Below, piece by piece: positions 18,125 through 23,778 of a DNA stretch of 26,337 nucleotides. The notes below the pieces were generated by a model. The model was given only the letters and a program-made list of their open reading frames with translations. It did not search any database and was not told the DNA's origin. Positions within the stretch are counted from its first letter, which is position 1. Each line of letters opens with the position of its first letter. Source of the stretch: a virus (lineage: Duplodnaviria > Caudoviricetes). Location of the stretch: IMG/VR virus record IMGVR_UViG_3300044831_000083, positions 1 to 26,337 of that record; one strand, given 5' to 3'. The position numbers and the translations under genes are program-made.

Positions 18125-18573
18125 TAGGTTAGGGTGATGCCAGTGTTGGCCTTGACCCACCACACACCGTTACGTGCTCTCAGGGTGATGGTGTTGGCGA
18201 TTGCTGCACCGAAGGTTGCTGTGGTCTTGTTGCTGTTCAGCTTGTTGGCTGGAAAGGTGATGACGTGAGCGGCGGCTGTTTCGCTGATGATTGTCAGTTC
18301 TTGTCCGTCATTACCAGTGGCTGCGGGTAATCCTGCGGCTGGCGCTGCAAGGGTAAGGATTGCGGCTGTTCCTTTGGTGATGCTGACTAAGCCCTGCGTT
18401 GATGCGATTGCACCGTCTGCGGATTTCACTTCCACGTTGGCTGGAGCATCAACGGCTGCTATTACGCCATTGACGATGGAGGCCAGGGCTGATGGTGCTG
18501 CGGATTGAAAGTCGGGGTGATTGGTTCCTATGTTGGCTAGCCCAAGGTTGGTTGATGTGCCGGTTAAGCTCAT
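18124..18573 (-). CDS. Hypothetical Ala/Thr/Gly-rich beta protein (149 aa), probable virion decoration or fibre-like protein
   Basis: Strong RBS shared with the tail tube gene; SADGAI..ITKGTAAILTLAAP..DGQELTIISETAAAHVIT..NGVWWV composition is typical of structural proteins. Confidence 0.7.
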   Translation of the reverse strand: MSLTGTSTNLGLANIGTNHPDFQSAAPSALASIVNGVIAAVDAPANVEVKSADGAIASTQGLVSITKGTAAILTLAAPAAGLPAATGNDGQELTIISETAAAHVITFPANKLNSNKTTATFGAAIANTITLRARNGVWWVKANTGITLT

Positions 18574-18604
18574 TTCGTGTTACCTCATTAGATCGCTCCT
18601 TTCT
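18568..18604 (-). promoter_or_regulatory. Tandem SD / Met-Arg-stop minigene cassette, copy 2 (overlaps the HNH 3' end)
   Basis: Minus strand AGAAAGGAG-cgatcta-ATGAGGTAA-CACGAA-ATGAGC. Confidence 0.5.
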
Positions 18605-18999
18605 GGAGTTGAATATGTTTTGTGACCCAAACCGCCGTTCTCTGTTGCGGTCTTGTAATCATGGCAAGCCTTACAAAGCCCTTGCAGGTTACTCATGTCG
18701 AACGGATCGCCACCATCGCGGACTGGTTTGATGTGGTCAACCACTGCTGATGCGATTGCCGTGCCAAATCGTTCGGTGCATTTCCTGGCTAGACGACAGA
18801 GCGGATCGCGTTCGAGCACTGCCTTCCGGGTCCGAGCCCATGCTGCTGTCTTATACAGCTTGCGAAACGGATCGTCGGCTCTGCTGATGTCGTGTTGTCG
18901 CTTCCATTCCTTTGCTTGCTGCTTACGGCTGTGGTCGGCACAGTCATGATTGTTAGGGCAGCCAGGTCGAGGACATGGCCTTGCTGCTCTGGTTGGCAT
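18580..18999 (-). CDS. HNH endonuclease, terminase-associated (HK97 gp74-like)
   Basis: CPRPGC N-terminus, RDPLC, VVDHIKPVRDGG..NLQGLCKACHDYKT; upstream of the terminase genes. Confidence 0.93.
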   Translation of the reverse strand: MPTRAARPCPRPGCPNNHDCADHSRKQQAKEWKRQHDISRADDPFRKLYKTAAWARTRKAVLERDPLCRLARKCTERFGTAIASAVVDHIKPVRDGGDPFDMSNLQGLCKACHDYKTATENGGLGHKTYSTPERSDLMR

Positions 19000-19128
19000 G
19001 TTTCGAAACGAATGCGGGAAAAAAGTCCCCTATGACCACCAGACCATGGGGTTACAGAGTATGCAAGCGAAAAGTTGGGATTGAGTTAAACAGGGTGTCA
19101 AGGGATACGCCGCAGCTTTATTTTTTTG

Positions 19129-19283
19129 ATCCTCACCATATGAGTTCGCGCTGATCCGCATTCGCAGCGTGCTGGGAAGCGTTGAAAAGTGAGCTTAACT
19201 CCGGCTGGATCAACCAGTTATGTGCGTATCGATTTCCAGCGAGAAGAGAACGCGGATCAGCGCGTATTCATCTGGTTGAGGAT
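19129..19283. repeat. Long imperfect inverted repeat (candidate structured RNA)
   Basis: Arms 19129-19181 and 19230-19283 pair at 42 of 53 positions by manual alignment, with a perfect 13-bp core (19147-19159 / 19252-19264). Confidence 0.9.
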
Positions 19284-19307
19284 AACTGTGTTGTAAGAGC
19301 ATTTCAC
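19279..19307 (-). promoter_or_regulatory. Candidate leftward sigma70-type promoter
   Basis: GTGAAA (19307-19302), 17-bp spacer, TATCCT (19284-19279); points into the inverted repeat and the structural operon. Confidence 0.35.
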
Positions 19308-19309
19308 AC

Positions 19310-19337
19310 TTGACACGCGAAGTCTGCGGGTTAATAT
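19310..19337 (+). promoter_or_regulatory. Candidate sigma70-type promoter for the small peptide gene
   Basis: TTGACA (19310-19315), 16-bp spacer, TAATAT (19332-19337). Confidence 0.55.
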
Positions 19338-19342
19338 TTGTT

Positions 19343-19376
19343 TTGCGGTTTGCTTTTCTAATGGAGTAAACCGCAA
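19343..19376 (+). promoter_or_regulatory. RBS-sequestering hairpin
   Basis: TTGCGGTTTGCTTT-tctaat-GGAGTAAACCGCAA: a 14-bp stem (with G-U pairs) covering SD GGAG and the A of the ATG. Confidence 0.7.
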
Positions 19377-19480
19377 TGGACAAACTTGAAGCCTTCCTGA
19401 TTCGACTCGCTTCCCTAATCTCTATCGTCCTGCTTCTGGCCTATGCGCTATGGTCGGAATATCACCATCTGTTCAAATGA
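19376..19480 (+). CDS. 34-aa single-pass membrane peptide, type I toxin-like
   Basis: MDKLEAFLIRLASLISIVLLLAYALWSEYHHLFK*; SD GGAG, candidate promoter upstream, hairpin plus T-run downstream. Below the ORF track size cutoff. Confidence 0.65.
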   Translation: MDKLEAFLIRLASLISIVLLLAYALWSEYHHLFK

Positions 19481-19517
19481 GCCAAACGGCGTTGCCAGAA
19501 TTGGGGCTTTCATTTTT
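19475..19517 (+). terminator. Possible terminator between the convergent peptide and lipoprotein genes
   Basis: AAATGA-GCC...GGC-tt-TCATTT followed by T residues; stem is irregular. Confidence 0.3.
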
Positions 19518-19519
19518 AC

Positions 19520-19888
19520 TCACGGCTCCGGCTCGGAACCCGAGGAATAGTAAATGTTCTCCAGCATGAAGCAATCCTGGTAGCCTGCGCTGTCGCGGTA
19601 CCTCGCGTTAACACTCTCGACGTGTCGCGGATTCCGATACAGGGCAGCCACGTCGTACATCTGTCGGCACAGGGGAATGTATTCAGTCGGCCCGGGCTCG
19701 TCGGGCACAAACTTCCCTATCAAACCCGAAGATTGCTGCGCTGGCTGCGTCACCAAAATTCCTTTTTTCAGATATTTATCCCGTTTCAACGGGTCACTGT
19801 GCCGGGTAGCTGTATCGGGCCTGTCATCTCGACATGACACGAGCAAGGCTGAAAACAGCAGTGCAATGACAATCGTTACCTTTCTCAT
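19520..19888 (-). CDS. Putative lipoprotein (122 aa)
   Basis: MRK plus hydrophobic core plus lipobox LVS-C (Cys19); SD GAGGGG. Confidence 0.75.
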   Translation of the reverse strand: MRKVTIVIALLFSALLVSCRDDRPDTATRHSDPLKRDKYLKKGILVTQPAQQSSGLIGKFVPDEPGPTEYIPLCRQMYDVAALYRNPRHVESVNARYRDSAGYQDCFMLENIYYSSGSEPEP

Positions 19889-19914
19889 CTTGTGCCCCTC
19901 GACGAATAATGTTG

Positions 19915-19949
19915 CAGACTATAGTCTGTAGTCCTTTAGTCGTCAAGTC
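19915..19949. promoter_or_regulatory. Operator-like palindrome with AGTC repeats (C-box-like)
   Basis: Perfect palindrome CAGACTATAGTCTG (19915-19928), followed by three more AGTC copies at 7-8 bp spacing, between the divergent lipoprotein and XRE genes. Confidence 0.6.
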
Positions 19950-19964
19950 GGGAACACTGACGGT

Positions 19965-20213
19965 ATGCTCCGTCAGCCCAAAGCAATCAGCACGGAACGT
20001 CGATTTGGAATGGCTCTAAAAGAAGAACGGCAGAAAGCCGAACTGTCCCAGGAGGAATTGGCCCACCGTGCCGGATACCACCGCACCTATGTCAGCCTGC
20101 TCGAACGCGGCGAGAAGAGTCCGTCGTTGCGGACAATCTTTAATTTATGCGGTGTGCTGAATATTCGTCCCTCGGTCTTGATCGCAAGGGCTGAGGTAAT
20201 CAAGGGTTCGTAG
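19965..20213 (+). CDS. XRE-family helix-turn-helix regulator, RM controller (C) protein-like
   Basis: LSQEELAHRAGYHRTYVSLLERGEKSPSLRTI; the HRTY recognition helix is typical of C proteins. Confidence 0.9.
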   Translation: MLRQPKAISTERRFGMALKEERQKAELSQEELAHRAGYHRTYVSLLERGEKSPSLRTIFNLCGVLNIRPSVLIARAEVIKGS

Positions 20214-20361
20214 GTTAGGTGTTGGCCACGGCAGGGACTTCAGCTGAGTTTGTTCAGTTGTGTTCATGAGATGTGCGCGCTACATATTCAGCATCATCCG
20301 CCATAAATGCGTTTGCAAGCGAATGTTGGTCAGGGATGGATGGGCTTCGCGGACTATCGGC

Positions 20362-21123
20362 CTAAGTTAGTTTGTCACCATGTATCAGATACCGAATCGT
20401 TCTGTCATTGATTCCGTAATTACGCTCGATCACCGAATTGTGGTACTTCGCTAACCATACTGCCTTCTGCCTGACACTGTCTTTCTCGCCTGACAATTGC
20501 TTTAGCTTATATTCGGCGGCTGCCTTATGTTGGGATAGCATTTCGTGCCCCTGCTCGGGGGTGAGTATTACGGAGTGACTGCGGACTACCGTATTAAAAT
20601 AGTCTATGAAAAATATTCCGTCCTCACCCTGTCTTATCATAGATTGAATCGCCTCTGTGATTCCGTCTCTGAGTTCGCGAATTAAATTGCGATCAATGAT
20701 GATCCTGGGGAATACGGCTGACTGTTCCAGCTCATACGATCTCACCATTGCGGGGCCAAAGACAAAGCCATCCTCCATGTAGCAGTGGCCTTCCGACATT
20801 CCACCACGGATCAATGTCCTGCCTTTTGATACCAGCAATCGAAATTGCATGTTGGCCAGAGTATCCATTTCTTGGCTCAATTGATTCACAAAGTCTGCTT
20901 CGTTGTATTCAAGTTGCCTGATAATGAGATCAGAGAACGTTTGGCTAACTGTCCTGCTCTTAATTTTCCCTTGCTGAAACGTGAAGGCAAGAGTCCCGGT
21001 GACCCCTTTCGCTAGTCGCAATAGGCTCAGAATTTTATCTGGCGTTGTCTTATTGTTTTCCACGAACTGACGAAAGCCGAGAATATCGAGGTAGGTGACA
21101 ATTGCGCTTTTGTACTCGGCCAT
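20362..21123 (-). CDS. Class III nucleotide cyclase-fold protein (253 aa), function unknown
   Basis: YLDILGF, TFSDLII, LIRGGMSEG, VFGPAMVRSYELEQSAVFPRIIID. Start moved to ATG 21123. Confidence 0.7.
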   Translation of the reverse strand: MAEYKSAIVTYLDILGFRQFVENNKTTPDKILSLLRLAKGVTGTLAFTFQQGKIKSRTVSQTFSDLIIRQLEYNEADFVNQLSQEMDTLANMQFRLLVSKGRTLIRGGMSEGHCYMEDGFVFGPAMVRSYELEQSAVFPRIIIDRNLIRELRDGITEAIQSMIRQGEDGIFFIDYFNTVVRSHSVILTPEQGHEMLSQHKAAAEYKLKQLSGEKDSVRQKAVWLAKYHNSVIERNYGINDRTIRYLIHGDKLT

Positions 21124-21415
21124 TTGCCATGAAGAGTAGCACAACAGCGCAGACAAAAAGCCCTGCTCGGGAGTCTTACGCGATCATGAAACGGACTTTG
21201 GACTCGATGAACTGCTGATCGGTTCTCTGAGGTGTCCTTTCTTGAACACAAGGAGATCATTACGCGAGGGTAGGAATGCCGCGAAGCCAGGGATGGCGAA
21301 AGGTGGATCGATCTTGGCCTTCGCAACTCCTTTACCGGTTAATGCGATGCGGTCTTTGCGAAATTTAGCGTTTCGGCCCCTGCTCGGATTGCACAGTGTG
21401 GGGGGAATCGCAATT

Positions 21416-21742
21416 TTACGGCTCGTCAGCGACTAGGGTTATTTTGATCGTCTTGCCACAATTTGGACAGTCTATCTCCCCTGTTGTAGGGCCAGTGCTG
21501 CCATGCGCGGTTCCGGAAGGCTGCGGGTATGTGCCGCCAACTGGTTTTACTGGTTTCGGTTTTGCTATATACGCTGTAAAGTCTGAATCGATAATCAAAT
21601 TGGGAAGAGTCAGACGAGCAGGCGATTGGCTTAACGCTTCAATGAAGACATATGCCTTGTCGGTTTCTTCCTGATTAAGATCATCGGTGGCAATCTTTAA
21701 TTGATCGATGATGTTTTCTATGTCTTGCTTGGTTTTATTCAT
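21416..21742 (-). CDS. Hypothetical protein with C-terminal CPNC knuckle (108 aa)
   Basis: ATGA overlap with the upstream gene; helical N-terminus, Pro/Gly/Thr linker, IDCPNCGKTIKI. Confidence 0.7.
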   Translation of the reverse strand: MNKTKQDIENIIDQLKIATDDLNQEETDKAYVFIEALSQSPARLTLPNLIIDSDFTAYIAKPKPVKPVGGTYPQPSGTAHGSTGPTTGEIDCPNCGKTIKITLVADEP

Positions 21743-22203
21743 GCCTTTTTCTCATTCCAACTGAAATCCGTGAAACTGATTAGTTGTTTCCAGTCATCTC
21801 CTATTACTTTCACTAATCCTACGTTCACCTCTTCATCGGCAGTTTTCGTCGCTTTCAAAAAGTCGAGCATCTCCTTTTTCATTCCACCCGCCTCAAGCAT
21901 CGCGGCATCGGCGGTTTTTGTAGCAGCAAGACCGGCAACAACTTCAAACCAATTTCCTAAAGCAATCACTTGATTGTAAAACCGTTCGTCTTTCAAATCT
22001 GCTGGATGCTCAAAAAGATACTCCACTTCGGCAATGTCACGAGTGAGCGAAACCATACGTTCCAAAATTCTCATGGAGACTTCGCGGCGCTTGCGTCTGC
22101 CGTCTATGCCAACCGTGATAAATGCTCCTAAAACACCACCAGCCACTGCGCCTGCTATACCGTCCAAGAGCGCCTTGGCGAGGAAATTACATTCGGCTTC
22201 CAT
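21739..22203 (-). CDS. Hypothetical membrane-anchored protein (154 aa), possibly DUF4760-like
   Basis: TGATG overlap with the upstream stop; hydrophobic GIAGAVAGGVLGAFITVGI followed by basic RRKRR; LGNWFEVVA...AD motif. Confidence 0.7.
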   Translation of the reverse strand: MEAECNFLAKALLDGIAGAVAGGVLGAFITVGIDGRRKRREVSMRILERMVSLTRDIAEVEYLFEHPADLKDERFYNQVIALGNWFEVVAGLAATKTADAAMLEAGGMKKEMLDFLKATKTADEEVNVGLVKVIGDDWKQLISFTDFSWNEKKA

Positions 22204-22514
22204 CACTGTCTTACCCAATTCGCTACCCCGCCGTGATGTGAGCACGTTCCCCGTGTGTGCTGGCTGAAACTGTATGTGCCGTCACCACACTTGGCGGTTG
22301 CGGATGCCGGCGTGTGCGTTGCATGAACCGGCCGATGAACGCGCTTGCCATCCACATTGGTGTAGTACTGCTTGGATGTGCTGCTGTGGCTGTGGGAATG
22401 GGAGGATGATTTGGTATGGGTTGTCGTGCTGCTGTGATGGCTCTGATGGCTGCCTTTGGCCCAAACCGGCAAGCAAAGCAGCAGAGAAATAACGAGGGTG
22501 AGGGACTTACCCAT
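22203..22514 (-). CDS. Exported DUF3761-domain protein with His/Ser-rich linker (103 aa)
   Basis: Signal peptide ending VWA; YTNVDG..VHRP and ATAKCGDGTYSFSQHTRGTCSHHGGVANW signature; SD AGGAG. Confidence 0.85.
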   Translation of the reverse strand: MGKSLTLVISLLLCLPVWAKGSHQSHHSSTTTHTKSSSHSHSHSSTSKQYYTNVDGKRVHRPVHATHTPASATAKCGDGTYSFSQHTRGTCSHHGGVANWVRQ

Positions 22515-22560
22515 GTGGCGCTCCTAATTGGCTGATCTAGGGCCGAAGGGGGTGGGCCGA

Positions 22561-22589
22561 ATGTTACATCTGGCGGTCTAACTGCGCAA
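22561..22589 (-). promoter_or_regulatory. Candidate sigma70-type promoter for the DUF3761 operon
   Basis: TTGCGC (22589-22584), 17-bp spacer, TAACAT (22566-22561). Confidence 0.45.
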
Positions 22590-22604
22590 GCGAAATTGAC
22601 CAGA

Positions 22605-22877
22605 TCATTGAACTGTTGCGCTTTTCAGGTTGAGTTCCCAAACGATGTCTTGCACGGTGGCAGCGGGTTTCAGGTATAGCGTAGGGTAATGGTGCTGGAT
22701 CGCCTTGGCTCGTTCGGGATCAATGTCGGCTGTCATGATGATGGTGGCGAGTGGGTGTTGGTCGGCCAGGGCATACACTTCCGATATTGCGATGGCTTCG
22801 TAGACGGTGTGTCCTTGCTGCGAAAGTCCGTCCGTGAGCGGGTTCGGTGCCTTGCCGGTGAATAGAATCAGAGCCAT
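22605..22877 (-). CDS. Hypothetical protein (90 aa), possibly a degenerate receiver (CheY-like) fold
   Basis: Alternating beta/alpha pattern: LILFTG, LSQQGHTVYEA..SEV, TIIMTA, YLKP. Confidence 0.6.
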   Translation of the reverse strand: MALILFTGKAPNPLTDGLSQQGHTVYEAIAISEVYALADQHPLATIIMTADIDPERAKAIQHHYPTLYLKPAATVQDIVWELNLKSATVQ

Positions 22878-22938
22878 GTGGCGAGAATTTCGCTACTCAA
22901 TATACACTCTTTAAAGACATTCAAAAAACGCAAAACAA

Positions 22939-23778
22939 ATGACCAATCCTCCTGCTCTCTTTCCGAATCAGCTAAACCGAGAAGAAGAATATTTTGAATT
23001 GCTGGCAAAAGCCTTACGAGTGTGTGCACAGTACAAACCAATGTTCGGTCAAGGCCGCGTCGGCGGTGTGTCGCTTGCTCAATTCAAAGTGATGTATGGT
23101 GCCGACCCTTTTTACAGTTGGATCGGCATGGACTCGCCTCTTATGTATGCAGCACACAAGGCCGCTGGTGGCATGACTTCTATATACCGCCAGATTGGTA
23201 TTGGTGGACAGTGGATTTTCAACAAAGTGATTCAGGATTCGCTCGGACTTACGCCATTGCAGGCGAATTGGATTTATGAGATTCCGAAACCTGACGGAGG
23301 AACCCGAAAACTTTCTTTGGATGGTCGCATCGACTTGGCTGATATTCGGGACGCAGCAAAGCGTCAGCGGGTTCAGGATTGGATGAATCAAGCCCTCGAC
23401 CGCCTTCGGATTGACCGCAATGCTGCTGTGGCACATAAGGGAGTTGTGTTCGAAGTTCGCCAAGGCTACAAGAGTAAAGATTCGAAGCGTCAAAACGGAG
23501 ACCTTGCCAACGCGGCCCATGCGTATGTTGAGGGATATATTCCGTCCATTGTCTTACTCTCAACCCAGATTGACGAAGATGTGGCAACGCGATATACAGA
23601 GGCACGGTGGCTGTTGATGACGGGCACACGGGACGGCAGTCCGATTGAGAGCACATACGGTTTTTGCCGTGATGTTCTCGGGTATGATCTGGCAGCCTTC
23701 TTTGAACGTAATTCGGCTCGGTTCAAGGCAGCACTCGAAGAAGTATTGGCAGCACTGTTGAAACCAAATGAAGGCTAA
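22939..23778 (+). CDS. Putative type II restriction endonuclease, PD-(D/E)xK-like (279 aa)
   Basis: LSLDGRI...VFEVRQGYKSKDSKR; overlaps a DNA methyltransferase gene by 11 bp. Specificity unknown. Confidence 0.65.
   Translation: MTNPPALFPNQLNREEEYFELLAKALRVCAQYKPMFGQGRVGGVSLAQFKVMYGADPFYSWIGMDSPLMYAAHKAAGGMTSIYRQIGIGGQWIFNKVIQDSLGLTPLQANWIYEIPKPDGGTRKLSLDGRIDLADIRDAAKRQRVQDWMNQALDRLRIDRNAAVAHKGVVFEVRQGYKSKDSKRQNGDLANAAHAYVEGYIPSIVLLSTQIDEDVATRYTEARWLLMTGTRDGSPIESTYGFCRDVLGYDLAAFFERNSARFKAALEEVLAALLKPNEG

Noticed and set aside
19129-19283. Inverted repeat as a protelomerase telRL site, retron ncRNA or intrinsic terminator
   Set aside because: telRL sites are near-perfect palindromes without a long spacer; no protelomerase or reverse transcriptase gene is in the window; no U-tract follows the stem on either strand.
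19376-19480. 34-aa peptide as the phage holin
   Set aside because: It is on the opposite strand to the late operon, has its own promoter and has no adjacent endolysin.
21027-21326. 99-aa minus-strand ORF starting at TTG
   Set aside because: The SD-like AAAGGAG abuts the start with no spacer, the ORF overlaps the cyclase-like gene, and the composition is not protein-like.
22375-22450. Repetitive GCTGCTGTG / GATGG sequence
   Set aside because: Explained by the His/Ser/Thr-rich linker codons of the DUF3761 protein; not a CRISPR array.
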